The notes under the pieces: model-generated
The model's database searches: none
What the model saw: only the letters and a program-made list of their open reading frames with translations
What the model was told of the DNA's origin: nothing
Shown here: positions 25,461 through 37,729 of the stretch, piece by piece
Position numbering within the stretch: position 1 is the stretch's first letter
How the letters are laid out: the number at the start of each line of letters is the position of its first letter
Source: Macrostomum lignano
Lineage: Eukaryota
DNA: 64,000 bases
NCBI GenBank assembly: GCA_002269645.1
Contig: NIVC01001770.1
Location: 158,777 to 222,776, forward strand
Direction of reading: 5' to 3'
Position numbers and translations under genes: made by a program

Positions 25461-26028
25461 GCTTATGAGAAACTACAATAGATATAATCAAGCTGTAAGA
25501 GAACAAGAGACTAAAGGCACAGATAGCCTTTGTTTCAAGTTATAAAAGCATTTTTTTAAAAACTTGCGCAAGAACCTCAATGCGAACTCGTCATTTCGTT
25601 GTCATTTAAGTCATTAAAACTAGAATAAACAAATTGAAAGTGTCACCGACTTTTATCATTATTAATATAAATAAAATAGTAACATCAAACTCTAACAGAG
25701 CAACTACTGAATTCTGCCGCATAAAAATACCAACTCAGTACAACTAGTGTGCAGGCACTGTAAGTAAAAGAAAAATATATCTTTTAAGCACAAACTACAG
25801 ATTCTAGAATAACTGCGTGTAGACATGTCCTTCGCAATTAATGTCGTGAAAAAGCAAAGCACCTACTCATTTTTCAGTAGTTTGTCTGCGCAGGTTCACT
25901 TGAATTTAACGTGGCAGTTGAAATTCCTTTCCTTTCTCGGGGTTTGCGGCCTCAGGAGCATATGGGGTTAATAATGAACAAGGATTTAACTTCGATGTAC
26001 ACAAGTGGACCTAAGATGGACCGGGGAC

Positions 26029-26540
26029 GAAACTCAGCCTAGAAAGGGCAGGTCCAGTCTAGCTCAGCCAATGAGAGAGCGGTAAGGAGAGAGGTCAAAG
26101 TCAGACGGACGAAACTCAGCCTAGGGAGCAGGCCCAATCTAGCTCAGCCAATGAGAGAGCGGTAAGGAGAGAGGTCAAAGTCAGACGGACGAAACTCAGC
26201 CTAGGGAGCAGGCCCAATCTAGCTCAGCCAATGAGAGAGCGGTAAGGAGAGAGGTCAAAGTCAGACGGACGAAACTCAGCCTAGAAGGGGCAGGCCCAGT
26301 CTAGCTCAGCCAATGAGAGAGCGGTAAGGAGAGAGGTCAAAGTCAGACGGACGAAACTCAGCCTAGGGAGCAGGCCCAATCTAGCTCAGCCAATGAGAGA
26401 GCGGTAAGGAGAGAGGTCAAAGTCAGACGGACGAAACTCAGCCTAGAAGGGGCAGGCCCAGTCTAGCTCAGCCAATGAGAGAGCGGTAAGGAGAGAGGTC
26501 AAAGTCAGACGGACGAAACTCAGCCTAGGGAGCAGGCCCC
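26029..26540. repeat. 80/82-bp tandem repeat, 6 units plus a partial unit
   Basis: GAAACTCAGCC starts at 26029, 26111, 26191, 26271, 26353, 26433 and 26515. Confidence 0.95.
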
Positions 26541-27284
26541 TGTTTTATCTCGCTCGCTATGGACACGCACTGGATTTGGGTGCAGCTTCAAAAACTTTTT
26601 TTAAATTTAAAAAACTTTAAATTGTAAAATTTAACAAACTTTCGTATTTTACTATTAGAAAGGCAAAACGCTAATTTTGCTACTGAAGAGTAGATGAGCG
26701 CGTATTTTCAGCGAGGGACATAGCTAGTTATTCTAGTATCTCTAAGATAAAACAAACAAGACAACTAGTAGACAAACAATTTTTAACAAGCAGGCGGTTA
26801 CTGAGAATGCATTCAAAATTTACCAGGTGTAAAAATTATAACAATAAATTCAATTGAAATAAAATAATAACAAGAAAAATCCAAGGCAATGTCTATGGAA
26901 AGGAACTGAAATGAAGCGAGTAACCCAGGCACAGTTTGCTACTTACAGTAATATAAAAGGCACTCAGTATAGTAGACAAAATAATGAAAAAATAGTTAGC
27001 AGCCAACGTTAAACCTGATCTTTTAAAACAATATTACGAGACGTAGAACAGTCATAAACTCGGGTTCAGGTGTCGTATTTAAAGTACTGAATATTTATTA
27101 AACACGAAACTACGAAAGTAGTGGAATAGTAATGGCAAGCTATACAGAGGAAAAAGTACTCTTTTAAAACTGCTAATATAATAAACTTACAAAAATATGA
27201 TTGAGCAAAACGGTTATTACATCTTTTTAAATCAACTAGGAAATCTTCAAACTATAAATTCACACTTAGAATTATTGATCCCAA

Positions 27285-28270
27285 ATCTAAGTCACAGATC
27301 CCAAATCTCAGTCAGAGATCCCAAATTTTAGTCACAGATCCCAATCTTAGTCACAGATCCCAAATCTCAGTCAGAGATCCCAAATCTTAGTCACAGATCC
27401 CAAATCTCAGTCAGAGATCCCAAATCTTAGTCACAGATCCCAATCTTAGTCACAGATCCCAAATCTCAGTCACAGATCCCAAATCTCAGTCAGAGATCCC
27501 AAATCTTAGTCACAGATCCCAAATCTCAGTCAGAGATCCCAAATCTTAGTCACAGATCCCAATCTTAGTCACAGATCCCAATCTTAGTCACAGATCCCAA
27601 ATCTCAGTCAGAGATCCCAAATCTTAGTCACAGATCCCAAATCTCAGTCAGAGATCCCAAATCTTAGTCACAGATCCCAAATCTCAGTCAGAGATCCCAA
27701 ATCTTAGTCACAGATCCCAAATCTCAGTCAGAGATCCCAAATCTTAGTCACAGATCCCAATCTTAGTCACAGATCCCAATCTTAGTCACAGATCCAAATC
27801 TCAGTCAGAGATCCCAAAACTTAGTCACAGATCCCAAATCTCAGTCAGAGATCCCAAATCTTAGTCACAGATCCGAATCTTAGTCACAGATCCGAATCTT
27901 AGTCACAGATCCGAATCTTAGTCACAGATTCCAATCTTAGTCACAGATCCCAATCTTAGTCACAGATCCCAATCTTAGTCACAGATCCCAATCTTAGTCA
28001 CAGATCCCAATCTTAGTCACAGATCCCAATCTTAGTCACAGATCTCAATCTTAGTCACAGATTCCAATCTTAGTCAGAGATCCCAAATCTCAGTCAGAGA
28101 TCCCAAATCTTAGTCACAGATCCCAATCTTAGTTACAGATCCCAATCTTAGTCACAGATCCCAATTTTAGTCACAGATCCCAATCTTAGTCACAGATCCC
28201 AATCTTAGTCACAGATTCCAATCTTAGTCATAGATCCCAATCTTAGTCATAGATCCCAATCTTAGTCAGA
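27285..28270. repeat. 19/20-bp minisatellite (cagatcccaa[a]tcttagtca)n downstream of the MAP4K stop
   Basis: Read directly. Confidence 0.95.
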
Positions 28271-28448
28271 TCTCAAAGTTCCGTCATCACAGGTCCTAAA
28301 TTTGTCAGACTCGAAATCCCTACGTCAGTTGATGATCCCAAATCCTCATGCGAAGTTATCGATCCCAAATCCCTAGTCCTTAAGAATTACCAGATGATCC
28401 CTATAACAGATTCGTAGAATTCGAAGAAATAGCCAAGAAAGCAGGCAG

Positions 28449-31400
28449 CTAGAGTCTCTCTGACCCATCGGCAATGTGCCCAATCACCATGACGATGTCA
28501 CAGCTGGCCATGGGGTCGGACACTGGCCGGCGCTCAAGCACGGCGCTGCGGCCGGCAAAACCGAGGAACCGGTACACGTGGGACTGGTCCGTCACGTCTT
28601 GAACCACCTCGCCTGTCTGCCAGGCTCGGGCCTGCAAATTTGGGAAAATCGGGCTAGAAATAGGATCTGGGAAGAGGGCGATTAGGGTGGGATCTGGGAA
28701 ATGGGAGGCCGCGTAAGGGATCTAAGAAAGGGGAGATTAAGGTGGGAGCTGAGAATGAGATAGGATCTGAGAATGAGATAGGATCTGAGAATGAGATAGG
28801 ATCTGAGAATGAGATAGGATCTGAGAATGAGATAGGATCTGAGAATGAGATAGGATCTGAGAATGAGATACGATCTGAGAATGAGATAGGATCTGAGAAT
28901 GAGATAGGATCTGAAAATGAGATAGGATCTGAGAATGAGATAGGATCTGAGAATGAGATAGGATCTGAGAATGAGATAGGATCTGAGAATGAGATAGGAT
29001 CTGAGAATGAGATAGGATCTGAGAATGAGATAGGATCTGAGAATGATATAGGATCTGAGAATGAGATAGGATCTGAGAATGAGATAGGATCTGAGAATGA
29101 GATACGATCTGAGAATGAGATAGGATCTGAGAATGAGATAGGATCTGAGAATGAGATAGGATCTGAGAATGAGATACGATCTGAGAATGAGATAGGATCT
29201 GAGAATGAGATAGGATCTGAGAATGAGATATGATCTGAGAATGAGATAGGATCTGAGAATGATATAGGATCTGAGAATGAGATAGGATCTGAGAATGATA
29301 TAGGATCTGAGAATGAGATAGGATCTGAGAATGAGATACGATCTGAGAATGAGATACGATCTGAGAATGAGATACGATCTGAGAATGAGATACGATCTGA
29401 GAATGAGATACGATCTGAGAATGAGATAGGATCTGAGAATGAGATAGGATCTGAGAATGAGATACGATCTGAGAATGAGATAGGATCTGAGAATGAGATA
29501 TGATCTGAGAATGAGATATGATCTGAGAATGAGATAGGATCTGAGAATGATATAGGATCTGAGAATGAGATAGGATCTGAGAATGATATAGGATCTGAGA
29601 ATGAGATACGATCTGAGAATGAGATAGGATCTGAGAATGAGATAGGATCTGAGAATGAGATACGATCTGAGAATGAGATAGGATCTGAGAATGATATAGG
29701 ATCTGAGAATGAGATAGGATCTGAGAATGAGATAGGATCTGAGAATGATATAGGATCTGAGAATGAGATAGGATCTGAGAATGAGATAGGATCTGAGAAT
29801 GAGATACGATCTGAGAATGAGATACGATCTGAGAATGAAATAGGATCTGAGAATGAGATAGGATCTAAGAATGATATAGGATCTAAGAATGATATAGGAT
29901 CTGAGAATGATATAGGATCTGAGAATGAGATAGGATCTGAGAATGAGATAGGATCTGAGAATGAGATAGGATCTGAGAATGAGATAGGATCTGAGAATGA
30001 GATAGGATCTGAAAATGAGATAGGATCTGAGAATGAGATAGGATCTGAGAATGATATAGGATCTGAGGAAGAGATAGGATCTGAAAATGAGATAGGATCT
30101 GAGAATGAGATGGGATCTGAGAATGAGATGGGATCTGAGAATGAGATGGATCTCAGAATGAAATGGGATTTGAGAAAGAGATGGGATCTGAGAATGAAAT
30201 GGGATTTGAAGAAAGAGATGGGATCTGAGAATGAGATGGGATCTGAGAATGAAATGGGATTTGAGAAAGAGATGGGATCTGAGAATGTAGTGCTGAGCAG
30301 GGTCCGCACCTGAAATCCGTGACAGTGAAAAGCCAGCAGACTGTCGGCAAGCGGCTGTGCGGCCTCAACAACAAACGGAAACTCGATACGGCCGTCAGCA
30401 GCCTCGGAGGAGTCGCCGAAGCTGCATGCGCGGCCGGTGTCCAGACGGTGCAAAATGGCCAGACGGCCGTGGCAGAGCAGCACGCTGCGAGAGCCCAGCT
30501 GTTCAAGGTGCACCAGGCCGAGCTCCTCCAGGTTTAGATGGCCATAACCAGGATGAATTCGACGGTAGCCCAGATCGGGCACTGGCAGCAGCTGTATATC
30601 ACAATCGGCTCGTTCAAATTCTAGCAGGTGAAACCTCACTATACTACTGCTGCTGCTGCTATCAGTAGCCAGTAAAGAATTGCTGCCCATAGCGCCAAGG
30701 CAGGCGAACGGCAGCTCCTTATCGGGCCGGGTTAGCAGTTCCAGCGTGAGCAGCGGCTGCGGCATCTCAGCTGGCCGGACCAGTCGGCACGGATTGAACC
30801 TCCGCCTGCCGGGATCCCAGCGGAGCAGCACGACGGAGTCAGGCAGGGCGCAGACCAGCCAGCGCTGCCCAGTGGCCGGGTGGCAGCGCGCAGCCGCCCG
30901 GATGCAGCCTTTGGTGCTGGGCACCTTGGCAACCGCAGCTGACCTGGCCCGGCCCAGCAGCAGTCGAGGCTGCTTGGACTGCTGCTGACTGATCAGGGCC
31001 GGCAGGTCCAACCGGTACAGGCGGGGGTGCCGGCCGCAGGCTGCGGTCACCACATCGCGATACACATCCAGCCAGATGCAGCGCATTGGCAGCAGCTGCA
31101 CCATGACGGACTCGTGCAGCTGGCTGAGGCTCATGCAGTACAGGCCCTCGTTAGCGCCTAGCAGAAGAAGCGAGTCATCATCTTGGCCGGCGCCTCCGCT
31201 GCCATTCCACCTGGCGCAGCAGTTGATCTTCAGCGGGCAGGTGTCGAACAGTTGCACCAGGCCGGCGCCCATCCACGGCACCGACGAATGCGGGGAGGCG
31301 GGAGGTGCGGCGGGCGACGTACGGGGCGGCGGAGGCCGGGAAGGCGGAGCGACCTAACGGGACGTGCGAAGGAAAATTAGTGCAGTTAGTGCATTGTGTA

Positions 31401-34400
31401 CTGCAGGGTGTTCGTTTAGTCGGCATCAACCTTATTTACTCAGCATCTTCTGTCCCATCATCTACTCAGCATTATCTGCCTCATTATCTACTCAGCATCT
31501 TCTGTCCCATCATCTACTCAGCATATTCTGCCCGAAATCATACCGAAAACCTGCTTTGTTTCCGGAATCAATTTTTAAACATATAAAGCATCGAAGTCAT
31601 TCAATAAAGCTCCTACTAAGAGTAGTAAATAACAGCAGGGTCTAATCTCCCCACCCTTACAGGTTTCCGCCGCAGAGGCTGGTGAACAGACGGGCTGAAA
31701 TTCGGTTTCTCCTGCGATTTCGGCGCCTGCGCTGGTGAATTATCGGTAATACTGGATGTAGCTTGGTTGCTAGGCAACTGCTGTTGTTGCTGAGGCGGCG
31801 GCGTTCGCAACGGCGGAGGCTGCGGATGAGGCTGCCTAGGCGACTGTCTAGCCGGCATCTGCAGCAGGTGTTGAACATTGGCCCGGCGTTGAGAGCAGAC
31901 GTCTTGAAATTCGCGCAGCAATGCAACCGTCAGGTGCTCGCCAAGACCGGGTGCGGCAATGAACTGGTGCTGCAGCAGCTGCGCGGCAGAGGACCGGTGC
32001 CTGCAGATGATGAAGAGTAGATGCGGCAGATGATGCAGAGTAGATGGGGCAGATATGAAGATGATGAGTAGATAGGGTAGATGATGCAGAGTAGATAGGG
32101 CAGATAGGGCAGATGATGCTGAGTAGATGGGGCAGATGATGCTGAGTAGATGGGGCAGATGATGCTGAGTAGATGGGGCAGATGATGCTGAGTATAGATG
32201 GGGCAGATGATGCCGAGTAGATGGGGCAGATGATGCCGAGTAGATGGGGCAGATGATGCCGAGTCGATGGGGCAGATGATGCTGAGTAGATGGGGCAGAT
32301 GATGCTGAGTAGATGGGGCAGATGATGCTGAGTATAGATGGGGCAGATGATGCTGAGTATAGATAGGGCAGATGATGCCGAGTAGATGGGGCAGATGATG
32401 CCGAGTAGATGGGGCAGATGATGCCGAGTCGATGGGGCAGATGATGCCGAGTAGATGGGGCAGATATGAAGATGATGAGTAGATGGGGCAGATGATGCTG
32501 AGTATAGATGGGGCAGATGATGCCGAGTAGATGGGGCAGATGATGCCGAGTAGATGGGGCAGATGATGCCGAGTAGATGGGGCAGATGATTCCGAGTCGA
32601 TGGGGCAGATGATGCCGAGTAGATGGGGCAGATATGAAGATGATGAGTAGATGGGGCAGATGATGCTGAGTATAGATGGGGCAGATGATGCCGAGTAGAT
32701 GGGGCAGATGATGCCGAGTAGATGGGGCAGATGATGCCGAGTAGATGGGGCAGATGATGCGAGTCGATGGGGCAGATGATGCCGAGTAGATGGGGCAGAT
32801 ATGAAGATGATGAGTAGATGGGGCAGATGATGCTGAGTATAGATGGGGCAGATGATGCCGAGTAGATGGGGCAGATGATGCCGAGTAGATGGGGCAGATG
32901 ATGCCGAGTAGATGGGGCAGATATGAAGATGATGAGTAGATAGGGCAGATTGTGCTGAGTAGATAGGGCAGATGTTAATGAGACCATGCTTCAAGAAACT
33001 CAGCGCCAAATCACCTGGGATTCAGCCGCAGCGCAGCGCACAGGAAGCTGTGAAAGCTTTCAGTCCAGGCGGCCCGGCGGCGCAAAGTGGGCTGGCGGTA
33101 GCCGCGGCTGGCGATGGCCTGCAGGGCCTTCATCGGTGGCAGGCTGAACAAGGGCGGCTCCAGTTCGGCCAACTCGATGGCGGTGATGCCTACCGACCAG
33201 ACGTCGCAGAGCTCGTTGTAGCCGCCGGTCCGTCTGACATCCGCCACCTGCAGCCAAGTAAGTTAAGAGGCGCTGGGTAGATTTAGGGAGTCAGCTGCCG
33301 CTCTGGGTAGGTTTAGGGAGTTATCTGCCGCTCTGGGTAGGTTTAGGGAGTTATCTGCCGCTCTGGGTAGGTTTGGGGAGTTATCTGCCGCTCTGGGTAG
33401 GTTTAGGGAGTTATCTGCCGCTCTAGGTAGGTTTAGGGAGTTATCTGCCGCTCTAGGTAGGTTTAGGGAGTTATCTGCCGCTCTGGGTAGGTTTAGGGAG
33501 TTATCTGCCGCTCTGGGTAGGTTTAGGGAGTTATCTGCCGCTCTGGGTAGGTTTAGGGAGTCAGCTGCCGCTCTGGGTAGGTTTAGGGAGTCAGCTGCCG
33601 CTCTGGTAGGTTTAGGGAGTCAGCTGCCGCTCTGGGTAGGTTTAGGGAGTCAGCTGCCGCTCTGGGTAGGTTTAGGGAGTCAGCTGCCGCTCTGGTAGGT
33701 TTCAGCGACCATCTACTTAGATCAGATAGGTTCCACGAAGATTGTCAATGCAAAGTACAGCGAGTTATGTACCTCAGGTGCCATCCAATAAGGCGTGCCA
33801 ATAAAGGACATCCGTTTGCCAAGTGTAGCAGTAATCTGGCGGCAATGCCAAAGTCGGCCAGCTAACCGCGCCCTCCATAGTTAACAATATATTGGCTCCT
33901 TTGATGTCGCGGTGCAGCCGGTGCAGGCTGTGCATGTGCGCCAGGGCACGCAGGGACTCCCGACAAACAAAAGCGATGACGGATTCTTTAAGGGCTGTCT
34001 GGGTGACATTGTAAATGTCTTGCAGGGACTTGCCACCACAGTACTCCATGGCCATCCATAGGCACAGCTGTCGGGGTGCGCGGATCTCGCTGGACAAGGA
34101 TTGTTGGCAGCAAGAGTTTCTCTTTTGAGGCTTTGAATGGGATTATTGACATTTTCTGACCAATCCCAATTATTGGGGGGATTCTGAGATCTGCACATTT
34201 TCTCATCCCAATTATTAGGGAGATTCTGTGAGATCTGCACATTTTATCATCCCAATTATTAGGGAGATTCTGTGAGATCTGCACATTTTCTCATCCCAAT
34301 TATTAGGGAGATTCTGTGAGATCTGCACATTTTATCATCCCAATTACTGGGGAGATTCTGAGATCTACACATTTTCTCATCCCAATTATTGGAGAGATTC

Positions 34401-35642
34401 TGAGATCTGCACATTTTCTCATCCCAATTATTGGAGAGATTCTGAGATCTGCACATTTTCTCATCCCAATTATTGGAGAGATTCTGAGATCTGCACATTT
34501 TCTCATCCCAATTATTAGGGAGATTCTGTGAGATCTGCACATTTTATCATCCCAATTATTAGGGAGATTCTGTGAGATCTGCACATTTTCTCATCCCAAT
34601 TATTAGGGAGATTCTGTGAGATCTGCACATTTTATCATCCCAATTACTAGGGAGATTCTGAGATCTACACATTTTCTCATCCCAATTATTGGAGAGATTC
34701 TGAGATCTGCACATTTTCTCATCCCAATTATTGGAGAGATTCTGAGATCTGCACATTTTCTCATCCCAATTATTGGAGAGATTCTGAGATCTGCACATTT
34801 TCTCATCCCAATTATTGGAGAGATTCTGTGAGATCTGCACATTTTCTCATCCCAATTATTAGGGAGATTCTGTGAGATCTGCACATTTTCTCATCCCAAT
34901 TATTGGGGAGATTCTGAGATTTGCACATTTTCTCATCCCAATTATTGGGGAGATTTTGAGATCTGCACATTTTCTCATCCCAATTATTGGAGAGATTCTG
35001 AGATCCAAACATTTTTCTTATTCCAATTATTGGGGACATTCTATAAGATCTACATTTCTTATCCCATCCAAATTATTAGGAAGATTCTGTAAGATCAATA
35101 ATTTTTATCATTATAATCATTAGGTAACAACTTAAGTTAAATTAATAAACTCACGTAAGAAATGCTCCATAGAATTGGACAATATTGGCATGTTGACAAT
35201 CTTTTAATGCATATAACTCAGCTAATATATTCTTTAAATCATCTTTGGGCTCAATTTTTACACACTTTAGTGCTGCAATACCATCAGTTGATAGATTCTG
35301 CACCTAAAATATTTTAAATAATAATAGTTTGCTAAAAATCAATTATTTTTTAATACAAAGAATACAAGTTAAAATATTGATTTAAATAACAAAGTTAATA
35401 TCAAGTAATATGATCCCAGAATTCTCTTTTAAAAACTAGTTTAATACTATTCTACTTATACATTGGGGACTTTACTTTACCTTATATACATGTCCATATG
35501 TTCCACTTCCTACTTCCTTGATATTCCGGTAGAACTCCCAAGGATCATAGCCTTTAATTACACTAAATAGCTCTGGGTGTGCACGAAAAATTGAACTTCG
35601 AGATAAATTATTCTGCTTAACAGCTGGTCCACTGGGTTGCAT
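28449..35642 (-). CDS. MAP4K3: MAP4K (GCK-I / MAP4K3-5 / happyhour-like) kinase with CNH domain, about 809 aa. Exons: 35642-35481, 35303-35155, 34089-33773, 33247-33015, 32000-31661, 31353-30310, 28631-28449
   Basis: All introns are GT-AG with compatible phases. Motifs: [94 protein letters not shown], then the CNH start [18 protein letters not shown] and a MAP4K-like C-terminus. Exon 3 needs two 1-bp insertions to stay in frame. The paralogue assignment is not resolvable. Confidence 0.9.
28744..30285. repeat. 18-bp minisatellite (gagaatgagataggatct)n, about 85 copies, in the last MAP4K intron
   Basis: Lies between the donor at 30309 and the acceptor at 28632. Confidence 0.95.
32005..32970. 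repeat. 23-bp minisatellite (gatgatgccgagtagatggggca)n in MAP4K intron 4; inverted degenerate copies at ~31435-31530
   Basis: Read directly. Confidence 0.93.
33270..33702. repeat. 30-bp repeat (ctgccgctctgggtaggtttagggagttat)n in MAP4K intron 3
   Basis: About 14 copies read directly. Confidence 0.93.
34150..35060. repeat. 42/44-bp repeat with a 300-bp higher-order period, MAP4K intron 2
   Basis: Lines starting at 34261 and 34561 are identical. Confidence 0.93.
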
Positions 35643-36120
35643 GCTGAAATTTAAAAGAGTAAAGTTTAAATTAAGAAGAATGACTAATTAATCAGCATAT
35701 TGGACTTTGTAGGCATTTGGCACTAGCCGTGTTAGTTAGCAATAAGCCAATAGTACCTATACAAAGTGTGTTCAAGTTAAAGTAGTACATTAAACTACAT
35801 TACAATAATTTAGACCTGGGGTGTTCTAATAATCAATTTAAATAGTGCAGTGCAGTATGCAGCATCTATCTCCATCTGTACGCATGATAACAAGGCATTA
35901 GACTCGCGTATGTGAAGTTGGGAACACACTTTTCATGCTTTTTACTTACGAGTACATTACAAGGAAATAAAGGCCGGCGCTTTTTACAGGAAAACTTATT
36001 CAATTGAATTTAATGCTTTACGCGAAATAACTCAGCAGTCGAGTTCGTTAATTATCGCTGAAACAAGCAAAATTATTTTATTTATTTTTAGTTGTCTTGT
36101 AAGTCATAAGGCTTACTTAA

Positions 36121-36485
36121 GGGGGAGTTAGCTTAGAGGTCAAGCACGGCGCAGTTATGTGCCAGCGGCCCGGGCTCGATTCCAGATGCAGTCACATTTT
36201 ATTATTCACGGCGAAATTGGAATCTCGGCTTGGGTCTGCTCGTGCAATTAACGCCCTTGAGTGCCAACCCCAACACTGAAGTGTACATACCTAACGATAA
36301 ATAAAGTCAGGTTAAGACTGCTGTACAGTGCGTGCCTGTGCGTATGACTGCGTACATATCCACGCGCTTTGCCTGTGAAGGGAGTCGGCGGAATGATGGG
36401 CAGTAATATATGCCTAGCTAGCCACCGGTTGTGTGACAATGTCGCTTAAAGTGCGTCAGGGCACACAGCCCTGCCTCTAATGAAA
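36121..36485 (+). mobile_element. tRNA-derived SINE with 14-bp target-site duplication
   Basis: A box TAGCTTAGAGG, B box GGCTCGATTCC, short A tail; AAGGCTTACTTAAG at 36108-36121 and 36486-36499. Confidence 0.85.
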
Positions 36486-37390
36486 AAGGCTTACTTAAGC
36501 TTTAGGACAGGTCTTAATGTATATATTTTAGGCACATTTAATCACAGCTTCAACTGCTCAAACAATGTACGATGCTAACAAAAGAAAAGAATTCTTTCGA
36601 CCAAATGTCTGTAACTATCTCTTTTTTTAATTTCATGTACATTTTAGAGCTTGGAAGATCAGCGGACAATTTTTAATTTTCACTTTTACCATTTGATTTG
36701 GCCAGATTTTTAATTGATATTCGCGTGACTATTTTGACTATTTGGATATGCACATGATTGCATGAAGCTCCACATGTATATTAAAACAGCATTAGATTCG
36801 AGGCTGCGGCGCGCAGAATAAATAATGCACGATTAAGTCAATATCGTTGAGTGGATGAACACAATTTTCTTGGCATGCACGAATCTCGCGTGCACGTCGC
36901 GGATTTGATCATCTGCGCATAGACGAGACTGCAGTCTCATGGTCTCTAGAGACTTGAGCAAATTATAATTATCGTATCTCAAGCGTCACTAAAACTTGAA
37001 GAGAAAAAACTGAATTCTAGGCTTTCTTGCATTTCCAAAATTTGTCAAACAAAATTAATTCACAATTGCGATATCGACAGAAATTAATAGTTACAGCACC
37101 AAGGACGACGGCCCATTAGCAAAAGCAATTAGTGGACCTGCATAATTTCTCCACAGGAATATTTCTTTCTCTCTTACGTTTCGAGTTTGCTTAATAGCTT
37201 TAATCCCAATTCTAACACACGCAAACAGTAGCCAACGGTTCTGGGCTTGAGAAACTCAGAATTCAGACTGATTGGAGACTGGAATATTTATTTTAGCCCC
37301 ACCCCGGTCTTGCATATACATGTATAGGCCTTGTACCAGAAGTAGGCGGAGCTGCTATTAGCAAACACGCTCCCGCGACAATCAACTTAC

Positions 37391-37530
37391 CTGGGACAGT
37401 CCAGGCGAAATTTTGAGACCAAATATGGCTTCGCTTGTATAGCCTGTTTAACAGATTTTAGATACTTTCAAATTTCTCGACGAATTTCCGTTCGACCAGC
37501 AGCTAAATCAATCATCCGGAGACGGGAGCA
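37391..37530 (-). other. Probable non-coding 5' UTR exon of MAP4K
   Basis: Strong donor CCAG|GTAAGT at 37391/37390; candidate acceptors at 37444 and 37531; no usable ATG. Confidence 0.45.
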
Positions 37531-37729
37531 CTGAAAGCTGATGGCCCCAGGCTGAGACAGCTCAAATTCGGCTTGAATCAATATAGACAATTTCATAGAG
37601 ATTATTGATTCGCAAATTTACCATCAATTAATTTATTCAGTTTCCAGTGAGTGTAAATTGTTCCTCGGAACAGCAAATTAATGCCTTTTTGTCAATTCCC
37701 CATCTTTAACTCTGTTTCTCAACCCACAG

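Noticed and set aside
26029-26540. CRISPR-like array or hammerhead ribozyme (GACGAAAC)
   Set aside because: There are no unique spacers, the context is eukaryotic, and there is no CTGANGA core on either strand.
28654-31281. 875-aa ORF as the real gene product
   Set aside because: A donor at 30309 and an acceptor at 28632 splice to a conserved MAP4K last exon; the repeat is intronic.
37391-37610. Degenerate kinase N-lobe / pseudokinase hypothesis
   Set aside because: The true Gly-loop and AALK exons were found at 35481-35642 and 35155-35303, below the ORF-track length cutoff.
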